The notes under the pieces are model-generated. The model saw nothing but the letters and a program-made list of their open reading frames with translations, was not told the DNA's origin and searched no databases. This document shows positions 1-8,351 of a stretch of DNA of 64,000 bases, one piece after another. Position numbers and translations under genes: made by a program. Position 1 is the first letter of the stretch; each line of letters starts with the position of its first letter. This stretch comes from Calditrichota bacterium (GTDB lineage Bacteria; Caldisericota; Caldisericia; UBA6126), in assembly GCA_036725105.1 (NCBI GenBank), contig DAIMET010000002.1, positions 5,534 through 69,533 on the forward strand. Direction: 5' to 3'.

Positions 1-1865
1 TCTATCTACGTGTTGACAATTTTCTATATATTTATTCTACAGATGGTTCCTTACTGAAGACGTTCCAGTTAAATACCGTAAAAGGTTTCATTGGTAACGT
101 AGGAAATCGTATTATGGCAGTAAAAGATCGTCTAATTGTGTTCAAAGAGCAATCTCAAGGTATAGCATGGATTGGTTCTACGGAAGATGGCGACTTTATA
201 GCACGAGAACTTTTAGACGACGAAGGAAATACCATTCCTACGATCGACATCGCAGTTTCAAAAGATTCCATATACCTTCTTAGTGCTCCCTATGGTGATC
301 TTCGAAATTCTCACGCAACGCTTTTTCAGTTTAACCATTCTGGAACCTATCAAAAAAAGAGTACTCTATCAGAACTTACATACTTCCCCACTCAGATATC
401 TTGTCATCCAACTGGTTGTCTATCGCTTTTTAGTCATCCCTCATATTACTACATTTTGGAGAAGGAGACACTTGCCATCATTGCACAAGGAGAATATAAA
501 AATTCATTTGGGTTTTCTTCTCAAAATGAGCTTGACATGTGTAGTTTCTCTCAAAAAGAAATTTTGATTTGTAATCCAGACAAGGGTATTGAGATAGTTT
601 CTGAAAATGAAAACGGTATTTTCATTCCAATATGCTCTTCTGAAACAATTTCACCTTATCGGATTACAGGCGATAAAATTAATATTTTTACTTTCAATCT
701 ACTTTCAAACACGGTCAGTTATTACCATAACGATGTACTAAAGAAATCTGTTCCATTAAATCAGATCTTATCATTGGTCAGTGTTACAGATTTTAGTACT
801 GATATCCAGCTATTCATGGACAATGAAGACACAATATTTATCGTCATAAAAGGAGTTAAACTAACTATTCTTCGCTATAGCATATTGAAAAATACAGCTT
901 CATCCATACAGGTTCCTTCTTATATTCCTCCGAAAGCAAGCATATATTATCGACCTAAAGATCAAAAGTTTTTCATTCTTTCATGGTTTGACGGTATTTT
1001 ATACTCCTTTAACTCAAACGGAGAAGATGTTGCGAAATTAGAAATCTCTTCCCTGAAAAATCAACCCGCTTTCTCTTCTCAAAGCTCTATTTGTGTAGAT
1101 GAATCTGGTTTTTTATACATTTTGCTTCCAGCTTTAAGAAAGGTAAGGGTTATCGATTCGAAGGGGTACTTGGTGGCAGAGTTTGCACTGCCAATGGAAG
1201 GATTATATTCGGACATTCATCTATCTGGTTCGATTTTGTCTATTCTTAACTCTACCAATGGTTCAATACTATTCTGTACAAAAAGAGGTGAAGAGCTTTT
1301 CTCTGCTGGTAAAAATGGAGCAATCCTATATCCTTCAAATGCCGAAGGGTATCAAGAAAAAAAGGGATATTTTAATTATCCCGGTGACATTTGGAGTACA
1401 GAAGAATACGTTTATATTGCTGATACCGGAAACTCACGAATACAAATATTAACCCTGGGAGAGTCTGGGTCTACTCCAAAAAAAAGAACAACAATCGTTT
1501 TACAGATTGGTTCTAAATCTGCCTACATCGACAATACTAGGGTAGATCTAGATGAAGCTCCTTTTACTGAGAACGGTAGAACTCTTGTTCCGTTCCGGTT
1601 TATAGGAGAAGCATTAAAAGCTGAGATTCTTTGGGATAGCAACCAGAAAAAAGCTTCTTACATCCTGGATGGAAATCGGGTAGACGTCGTGGTGGGTAGC
1701 ACTACCGCTTACTTGAACGGAAAGGAAGTTACATTGGACGTTCCTCCAATGATAAAGAATGGTCGTACGTTTGTTCCTATCCGTTTTGTTACCGAGGCAT
1801 TAGGAGCATCAGTTATATGGGAAGCAAACACGAAAAAGATATACATCACATATCCAGGACAATAA
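1..1865 (+). CDS. Secreted beta-propeller (NHL-like) repeat protein with two C-terminal copper-amine-oxidase-N-terminal-like 'stalk' domains; 5' end probably lies outside the window
   Basis: Frame 3 is open from nt 3 to the stop at 1863-1865, with no stop upstream of the first ATG (114). The ATG-114 product has no signal peptide. Its C-terminus (nt ~1488-1853) carries two ~55-aa repeats, LQIGSKSAYIDN..ENGRTLVPFRFIGEALKAEILWD and VVGSTTAYLNGKEV..KNGRTFVPIRFVTEALGASVIWE, typical of the extracellular stalk domain. YIADTGNSRIQIL resembles an NHL repeat. Confidence 0.6.
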   Translation, partial: YLRVDNFLYIYSTDGSLLKTFQLNTVKGFIGNVGNRIMAVKDRLIVFKEQSQGIAWIGSTEDGDFIARELLDDEGNTIPTIDIAVSKDSIYLLSAPYGDLRNSHATLFQFNHSGTYQKKSTLSELTYFPTQISCHPTGCLSLFSHPSYYYILEKETLAIIAQGEYKNSFGFSSQNELDMCSFSQKEILICNPDKGIEIVSENENGIFIPICSSETISPYRITGDKINIFTFNLLSNTVSYYHNDVLKKSVPLNQILSLVSVTDFSTDIQLFMDNEDTIFIVIKGVKLTILRYSILKNTASSIQVPSYIPPKASIYYRPKDQKFFILSWFDGILYSFNSNGEDVAKLEISSLKNQPAFSSQSSICVDESGFLYILLPALRKVRVIDSKGYLVAEFALPMEGLYSDIHLSGSILSILNSTNGSILFCTKRGEELFSAGKNGAILYPSNAEGYQEKKGYFNYPGDIWSTEEYVYIADTGNSRIQILTLGESGSTPKKRTTIVLQIGSKSAYIDNTRVDLDEAPFTENGRTLVPFRFIGEALKAEILWDSNQKKASYILDGNRVDVVVGSTTAYLNGKEVTLDVPPMIKNGRTFVPIRFVTEALGASVIWEANTKKIYITYPGQ

Positions 1866-1880
1866 ACTTAAACTAAATTG

Positions 1881-2939
1881 TTACTTCTTTAAGTACACGT
1901 TTCCTTTTTCGGCAACCAATGATAAGCTAGGGATTGTTAACTTGGGATAGGGATTTTGTCGAATAGTACCAATTTTCTTGTGTGCAATCCCTACGTCTTC
2001 CATGTGTTTGTGAACGCTTCTATAGTCGCTTTTAGACAAGATTGCAACAAAACCCAAACCCATATTGAAGTCTTTGTACATTTCTTCTGTAGGAATTTCA
2101 CCAGCTTCCTGTATGGTTTGGAAAATAGCCGGGACAGGCAGTGGGTCTTCTATGCAGTATTCTACAGAAGAATCTAATCGAAGAATATTCAACAATCCAT
2201 CGCCTGTGATGTTTGCGAAACCTTTTACATTACACTTTTCAAGTAGCATTAGTGCTGTTTTTACGTAAATCTCTGTAGGCGTAAGTAATTCAAGTAACAA
2301 ACTCGTTGGTGGATCTTTGTATCCACTTAACAGAACTTTTCTAGCTAAAGTAAACCCATTACTATGAAGACCGGAACTGGGGAATCCAATAATGACATCT
2401 GTTTCTTCAATATTTTTTCCTGTTATGATGTTGTCTTTTTTAACAACACCAATGGCAGTTCCTACAAGATCAAAGGCGTTTTTCTTCGGATGAAGTAAAT
2501 CTCGTACTTGTGCAATTTCACCACCTGGAATTGGTATGTTTGCCATTTTGCAGCCTTCATATAATCCAATAGCAATTTGCTCAATCATCACAGAATCGTA
2601 ATCGGCTACGGCAATATAATCTAAGAAGCTTATCGGTTCTGCTCCAACGCAAATCAAATCATTTACATTCATAGCAACACAATCAATTCCAATAGTGTCA
2701 TACTTTTCAAGTTGTTCGGCTATCAACAACTTTGTACCTACGCCGTCGGTTGAAACGGCAAGGCCTATGTCTTGGTGTAAATGGATAACATTTGCAAAAA
2801 AACCAATTGGTAAGAGAACATGTCCCGTTTCATTGTTGGATCGGAAACGAAAAGTTTGGTTCACCCAATGCAATAACCCTTGCATTGCAGTGCCGTCTGC
2901 AAGGGTTTGTACGCCAGCTTCTTTGTATAAATCTTTCAT
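1881..2939 (-). CDS. purM: Phosphoribosylformylglycinamidine cyclo-ligase (AIR synthetase)
   Basis: 352-aa ORF. STDGVGTKLLIAEQL and GIDCVAMNVNDLICVGAEPISFLDYIA match the PurM N-domain signature. Confidence 0.85.
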   Translation of the reverse strand: MKDLYKEAGVQTLADGTAMQGLLHWVNQTFRFRSNNETGHVLLPIGFFANVIHLHQDIGLAVSTDGVGTKLLIAEQLEKYDTIGIDCVAMNVNDLICVGAEPISFLDYIAVADYDSVMIEQIAIGLYEGCKMANIPIPGGEIAQVRDLLHPKKNAFDLVGTAIGVVKKDNIITGKNIEETDVIIGFPSSGLHSNGFTLARKVLLSGYKDPPTSLLLELLTPTEIYVKTALMLLEKCNVKGFANITGDGLLNILRLDSSVEYCIEDPLPVPAIFQTIQEAGEIPTEEMYKDFNMGLGFVAILSKSDYRSVHKHMEDVGIAHKKIGTIRQNPYPKLTIPSLSLVAEKGNVYLKK

Positions 2940-3033
2940 TCTGTTCTCCTTTGGTGGATATTACCGCTATTATATAATTTCTTTCTTTCATGGTAAAATG
3001 GTGTTGAAAACTTTCATTATTCTGGAGAAGGAT

Positions 3034-3750
3034 ATGCCAAATAAAGACTTGTTTGATTCAATTTCAAATCGTTACGACGACTGGTACAAAACTCCCTTGG
3101 GTGAATTTGTTGACCAGTTAGAATATAAACTTTTGTGCAAACACTGTGGCAATCTTATGGGTAAAAGGATATTGGATGTGGGATGTGGCACTGGTATGTA
3201 TAGTATACGCTTTGCAAATATGGGTGCACATGTAACTGCAATTGACCCGTCTAACAAAATGCTTTCCATTGCAAAAGAAAAAACAAAGCATTTTGTTGTT
3301 CCAATACACTTCATTGAATCTGCTGCGGAAGATCTCCCTTTTCAAAACAATAGCTTTGATGTTGTTTTTGCCTGCAGTTCTCTTGAGTTCGTTGAAGACT
3401 TAGGACAGACAATGGAAGAATTGCATCGTGTTTTGTCTCCGGGAGGTAAAGCGATTTTTGGGGTTCTTAATAAGGAATCGGTCTGGATTCAATCGATAAT
3501 AAATCAACCAGATTTCGAAGATACAATTTATGCAAACGCTAAATTTTTTACATATAAAAGTTTCCTTCAACTTTTTCATACCTTTCCTTCTTTTTCCGCG
3601 CCCAATATAGAGTCAACTGTCTTTGTGAATTATCACCCAGTACTCTACCTAGAACCCGAAGCTTCAACAATAGAATTTTTCCGTCGATTAACCAAACCAC
3701 TTAAGGGAGCCTTTTTAGTAGGTTCAGCAAGAAAAGAAAACGAATCTTGA
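3034..3750 (+). CDS. Class I SAM-dependent methyltransferase
   Basis: SAM motif I is ILDVGCGTGMYSIRFANMGAHVTAIDPS, followed by VVFACSSLEFVED. I moved the start from the track's 2695, which runs antisense through purM, to ATG 3034, which is preceded by GGAGAAGG. Confidence 0.75.
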   Translation: MPNKDLFDSISNRYDDWYKTPLGEFVDQLEYKLLCKHCGNLMGKRILDVGCGTGMYSIRFANMGAHVTAIDPSNKMLSIAKEKTKHFVVPIHFIESAAEDLPFQNNSFDVVFACSSLEFVEDLGQTMEELHRVLSPGGKAIFGVLNKESVWIQSIINQPDFEDTIYANAKFFTYKSFLQLFHTFPSFSAPNIESTVFVNYHPVLYLEPEASTIEFFRRLTKPLKGAFLVGSARKENES

Positions 3751-3751
3751 T

Positions 3752-3779
3752 TTGATTTTCATTTGCAGTTTACTATACT
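3752..3779 (+). promoter_or_regulatory. Candidate sigma70-type promoter for rpmF-plsX
   Basis: TTGATT (3752-3757), 16-nt spacer, TATACT (3774-3779), about 50 nt upstream of rpmF. Confidence 0.3.
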
Positions 3780-3830
3780 ACTTTTCTTGCAGTTATTTTT
3801 ATTGATTTTAATGTTATTAAGGAGATATTG

Positions 3831-4034
3831 ATGAACGTTCCGAAAAAGAAAAGAACCGCACGGAGAAACAATCATCGTAGGGCAATGCAAAAGTTGACCC
3901 CTTTACAATTAACTAGATGTTCTAGTTGTAATAAATTGATTCTCCCCCATACGGTATGCAAATACTGTGGCCATTACGGCACAGAAAGCATTATTGCCAT
4001 TAAAGAAAAAGCAGAGAAACCGGCCACAGCTTGA
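3831..4034 (+). CDS. rpmF: 50S ribosomal protein L32
   Basis: MNVPKKKRTARRNNHRRA N-terminus and a CxxC..CxxC zinc ribbon (CSSCNKL..CKYCG). AAGGAG lies 6 nt upstream of ATG 3831. The track start at 3828 is a TTG one codon earlier. Confidence 0.9.
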   Translation: MNVPKKKRTARRNNHRRAMQKLTPLQLTRCSSCNKLILPHTVCKYCGHYGTESIIAIKEKAEKPATA

Positions 4035-5026
4035 CACACATAGCTCTAGATGCTCTTGGTGGTGATCTAGGCTATACAACCAGACTTAAAGGTGCTCTAG
4101 ACGCCATTAGAAGCAGTAACGATATTTCCATTACTGTTGTTGGTGATCACGATTCTATTGAGAACACTCTCCAGCAGGGTGATTATCTTCCGTTTCGTGA
4201 TCGTTTTTCTATTGTACATGCTCCTGATAATTTCCCAATGGATGAATCCCCCTCGAAGATATTGAAATCAGGAAAAACCTCTTCTCTGTATCAATCAATT
4301 CAACTTGTTCAGAATCAGTCATGTGATGCAATTGTTAGTGCTGGAAATACGGGCGCTCAAATGGCAGCATCTCTGTTTATTCTCGGTAGAATCGAAGGTA
4401 TTTCTCGCCCCGGCATTGCCATCCCTTTTCCTACCAACAAAGGAATGAGCACGTTGATTGATGCAGGAGCAAACCTGGATAGTAAACCAGAAAACCTCCT
4501 TGATTTTGCCTTGATGGGAACAACATATCACTCCCTAATGTTTTCTTGTTCTGAACCAAAAGTTGCGGTCATCAACAACGGAAGTGAACCATCAAAGGGG
4601 AATATTCTAACAAAAGCAGCATACTCCTTACTGAAAGAAAAAATCCCATCTTCGTTTCAAGGTTACGTAGAAGGTAGGGATTTGTTTAGTGGAGATATCC
4701 AGGTAATGGTGTGCGATGGCTTTGTTGGCAATATCGTTTTAAAAACTGTCGAAGGGTCTATGATATTCATCAAAGAATTCTTTAAAAAAGAAATTTCTTC
4801 ATCCTTAAAGCACACATTTGGAGGGCTTCTCTTAAAAGACAGCTTCTCCTCTCTGAAAAAAATGTTAGATTACCGGGAATATGGTGGATCACCACTGCTT
4901 GGTGTAAAAGGGATATCCATTATTTGTCATGGTTCATCCGACCACTTGGCAATTAAAAACGCAGTTTTACAAGCTGCAAAACTTCACAAACAAAATTTCA
5001 TTCAAAAAATTACCCCCGAATTGTAA
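4031..5026 (+). CDS. plsX: Phosphate acyltransferase PlsX
   Basis: IALDALGGDLG N-terminus, VSAGNTGA, CDGFVGNIVLK. The TTG start overlaps the rpmF stop. The rpmF-plsX order is conserved. Confidence 0.9.
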   Translation: MTHIALDALGGDLGYTTRLKGALDAIRSSNDISITVVGDHDSIENTLQQGDYLPFRDRFSIVHAPDNFPMDESPSKILKSGKTSSLYQSIQLVQNQSCDAIVSAGNTGAQMAASLFILGRIEGISRPGIAIPFPTNKGMSTLIDAGANLDSKPENLLDFALMGTTYHSLMFSCSEPKVAVINNGSEPSKGNILTKAAYSLLKEKIPSSFQGYVEGRDLFSGDIQVMVCDGFVGNIVLKTVEGSMIFIKEFFKKEISSSLKHTFGGLLLKDSFSSLKKMLDYREYGGSPLLGVKGISIICHGSSDHLAIKNAVLQAAKLHKQNFIQKITPEL

Positions 5027-5078
5027 AAATCCTCTAGGATTGGGTATACTTAAGTAAAGAAGCTTGATAATAAAATAT

Positions 5079-5439
5079 GGGGGTGTAATGGTTTCGACAG
5101 TAGGATTGCACTATGTCGGCAAGCCGGAGATGATACTTGGCTCCGTTAAAAATGTATCAAAACAATATTTGCCAATTATACAAATTACGCAAACAATTAC
5201 GCCGTAGCTTAGTCTGCGACTCAGTTTTTAACTCTCCCTTTTTGGGGTTATAAACTGCAAACAGAAAAGGAGCTACTTCACCTTCCTCTGAAGAAAGATG
5301 AAGTAGCTACAAATATTCTTCAGATCTCTATTGATTGGTTCCTTGTTCCCAACAACAGAGTACAAAACAGGGGAAGCTTGTAATTCCGGTATACTGTTGT
5401 TCTATTTGGACACGGGTTCGACTCCCGTCACCTCCACCA
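5079..5439 (+). ncRNA. ssrA: tmRNA (SsrA), 361 nt
   Basis: The 5' GGGGGTG pairs with 3' CACCTCC followed by ACCA, including the G3:U alanine identity pair. The T-arm is ACGGG-TTCGACT-CCCGT (5412-5428). The internal tag reading frame GCC AAT TAT ACA AAT TAC GCA AAC AAT TAC GCC GTA GCT TAG (5171-5212) encodes ANYTNYANNYAVA. Confidence 0.9.
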
Positions 5440-5672
5440 TTTCTATTTTCAACGTGTACTCGTATCAGGCCGATATGAAACTTGATTTTATCATTTTATC
5501 ATCCTATCTTTAACCTTGATAAACTCGCAATAGAAGGTTTATACCTGTCTAGGTTTTGTCCGGTTTATTCTTACATAAAAAGCCGTTTGGATGACCCACA
5601 AAAAAGAGTGAAATCATGCAAACAATATACACATATCGCCACAGTTAGAGAATCAATATATGGGGGTAAAGT

Positions 5673-6865
5673 ATGGAAAAAATGAATGGTAACACACTGA
5701 ATATTGTTGCTGAAAATGTTTGCGAACTTAAAAAACTTTTCCCAGAATATTTTTATTGAAGGTGATAATCTTCGGAAAATCTGTGACGAAGGCTGAAAGG
5801 CCCAATTCTTTCTTTACAATGATTAACCCGAAAAATGGTGACGAATACTTAGCAAACGAAACCAGAACATGGTCTGTTACTGAAAAAACTTTCCCGGAAT
5901 ATTACAATAATGGGAAAATAGTGTTTCCTAGAGATTATGATTTCTTGAGTATCAAACGCCCTGCTTTTAGAGTTTTTGAGAGCGAGGACAGGGAAAAGGC
6001 TCTAAAAAAAAATGGGACAGAAGAAGCTCGCATGGCAATTTCTTCATACTTACCCGAAAAAGATGTTGTAAGAACAGAGCACTGGTCAAAGGAAATACGC
6101 AATCTTTTCAGCTCTCAGGTCTTCTCCTACCCAAAGCCAACTGGGCTCATCAAGTTTTTTATCGAAAATATTAGCGATCCAGATGCAATTGTTATAGAAT
6201 TCTTTGCTGGTTCCAGAACAACTGCAGATGCAATGATGCAGCAAAATGCCATTGATAAAGAGAATCGTCGATTTTTGCTTGTGCAGCTCCCGGAAGTAAT
6301 TGATCCAACAAAGAAGGAACAGCAGACTGCAGCTCAGTATTGCAACCAAAACAAACTTCCATTTAAAATTACCGAGTTAACTAAGGCTCGAATTTCATTT
6401 TCTGCTGCCAAGATCAAAGAAGAAAATCCTGAATACGATGGTGACCTTGGCTTCAAGGTATTCAAACTCGACTCCACCAATATCAAGCCTTGGGAAGTCT
6501 ACTTTGACATGACGGAGCACACGCTTGTAGACTTTATTTCCAACATCAAACCCGAACGCCTTGAAGAAGATGTTCTTTACGAGATCCTGCTCAAGTATGG
6601 CCTCGATCTAACTTTGCCAATCAACGAACACACCATTGACGGGCAAAAGGTATTTGATATCGGGTTGGGAGCGCTGATCATCTGTCTATCAGATTCCATT
6701 TTCCTTGAGGCAGTCGAAGGCATTGCCAAGTTGAAGAATGAGCTTAATCCGGAAATCATGCGCGTGGTATTCAAAGACTCAGGATTCAAAGATGATGTGG
6801 TTAAGACCAATGCGGTTCAGATTCTTAAACAGGCTGGAATCAATGATGTGAGGAGCTTGCAATGA
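5673..6865 (+). pseudogene. mod: Type III restriction-modification methyltransferase (Mod), disrupted
   Basis: MEKMNGNTLNIVAENVCELKKLFPEYFY (5673-5756) is a typical Mod N-terminus and ends at TGA 5757. The conserved FIEGDNLRK segment lies in a second frame (5752-5793, stop at 5794). The C-terminal 369 aa are in a third frame (5756-6865). The DPPY motif IV region is missing, and SAM motif I reads EFFAGSRTT instead of DFFAGSGTT. Confidence 0.75.
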
Positions 6866-7968
6866 AACACGAAAAGAAACAAAAGAAGACGGTGACCACG
6901 AAACATGCTGAAAAAACAGAAGAACGGCGGCTGACTACGCGGGACGAAATGACAGAATTTTTGCTCTATACAGCACCAGATGGACAGGTGAAGGTGGAGT
7001 GCATTTTGCACGATGAGACCATTTGGCTAACGCAAAAGCGCATTGCTGAGTTGTTTGACGTTGGTATCCCCGCCATTTCCAAGCATTTGAAGAATATCTT
7101 TGAATCTGGAGAACTACATGAAGAAGTGGTTGTTTCCATTTTGGAAACAACCACTCAACACGGGGCAATAGAGGGGAAAACTCAGGCTCAAAAGACCCGC
7201 TTTTATAATCTGGATGCCATCATTTCCGTCGGCTACCGCGTGAATTCGTCAAAAGCCACACAGTTCCGCATCTGGGCTACTCAGTTGCTGAAAGAATACA
7301 TCACCAAAGGCTTTGCCTTGGATGATGAGCGGCTGAAAAACGGTCGTTATTTCGGTAAGGACTATTTCTGCGAGCTGCTGGAGCGCATCCGCTCCATTCG
7401 TGCTTCCGAGCGCCGCATCTATCAGCAGATCACAGATATTTTTGCCGAATGCAGTATCGACTATGATCCAAAGTCGGAAATCACGAAAAATTTCTATGCC
7501 CGTGTGCAGGACAAGTTTCACTTCGCCATCACGGGGCACACAGCAGCAGAAATCATCTATTTGAATGCTGATGCCAATAAACCACTGATGGGGATGATGA
7601 CCTATAAAAACGCCCCGGACGGACGGGTGTTAAAATCAGACACCACTATTGGAAAAAACTACCTGCAGGAAGATGAGATCAAAAAACTGGAGCGGACGGT
7701 AACCGCGTTTTTCGACTATATTGAGCGGATCATTGAAAACCGCACCACTTTCACCATGGAAAGCTTTGCTGAAAGCGTAAACCGTTTCCTTGAGTTCAAC
7801 GAGTACCGGATTCTTGAGGGCTATGGTTCTTTCTCCCGCAAACAGGCAGAAGAAAAGGCATTTACTGAATACGATAAATTCAACAAAACCCAGCGTATCA
7901 AATCCGACTTTGACAAAGCCATAAAACAGATCGAAACCTCAAACAAAAAAGGAAGTGACCATGAATAA
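6862..7968 (+). CDS. RhuM-family protein (virulence/R-M-associated)
   Basis: Strong match to the RhuM core: ETIWLTQKRIAELFDVGIPAISKHLKNIFESGEL, YNLDAIISVGYRVNSSKATQFRIWATQLLKEYITKGF. The ATG overlaps the Mod stop (ATGA). The ORF is intact. Confidence 0.85.
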   Translation: MKHEKKQKKTVTTKHAEKTEERRLTTRDEMTEFLLYTAPDGQVKVECILHDETIWLTQKRIAELFDVGIPAISKHLKNIFESGELHEEVVVSILETTTQHGAIEGKTQAQKTRFYNLDAIISVGYRVNSSKATQFRIWATQLLKEYITKGFALDDERLKNGRYFGKDYFCELLERIRSIRASERRIYQQITDIFAECSIDYDPKSEITKNFYARVQDKFHFAITGHTAAEIIYLNADANKPLMGMMTYKNAPDGRVLKSDTTIGKNYLQEDEIKKLERTVTAFFDYIERIIENRTTFTMESFAESVNRFLEFNEYRILEGYGSFSRKQAEEKAFTEYDKFNKTQRIKSDFDKAIKQIETSNKKGSDHE

Positions 7969-8019
7969 GAACCTTTTTGTGTATTCTCTTTGTTCTGTGG
8001 TTAAAACCGGGGGTGCAAA

Positions 8020-8351
8020 ATGAAAATTCAATTTGATCCGAATCTGAACTTCCAAAAACAAGCGATAGATTCTATTACTAAAATATTTGAGGGGCAGGAG
8101 ATTTGTCAGACTAATTTTACTGTGGAGATGGAGACAGGAACAGGAAAGACTGGGCTGTATTTGTCGAGGTGGATGACAAAGAGAAACTCTACTTCGTTGT
8201 TTAGACCAAAAGCACCTTACTCACCGATGCACTCCGACCTTCCGAAAAAGCCAAGATTGCATGGGGTAAGGAGCACTTCAAAGCTCTGGGTAAAGAGGTT
8301 GAGTTCGCTGTCACCAATGAGCTCGAGAACTTTTCAGGGAAGTATGTTTAA
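8020..8351 (+). pseudogene. res: Type III restriction endonuclease/helicase (Res) remnant with a large internal deletion
   Basis: The N-terminal 45 aa, MKIQFDPNLNFQKQAIDSITKIFEGQ..METGTGKT (Walker A), are joined out of frame at ~8150 to a Res C-terminal tail, WAVFVEVDDKEKLYFVV*TKSTLLTDALRPSEKAKIAWGKEHFKALGKEVEFAVTNELENFSGKYV. That tail has an in-frame TAG at 8202-8204. About 800-900 aa of helicase/nuclease sequence are absent. Confidence 0.7.

Noticed and set aside
2695-3033. N-terminal 113 codons of the track ORF 2695-3750.
   Set aside because: This part runs antisense through the purM coding region and has an implausible sequence. ATG 3034 with GGAGAAGG upstream gives a normal methyltransferase N-terminus.
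5331-5685. Track ORFs 5331-5513 and 5482-5685.
   Set aside because: The first overlaps the 3' third of the tmRNA and the second ends inside the Mod pseudogene start. Both lack an RBS and have implausible sequences.
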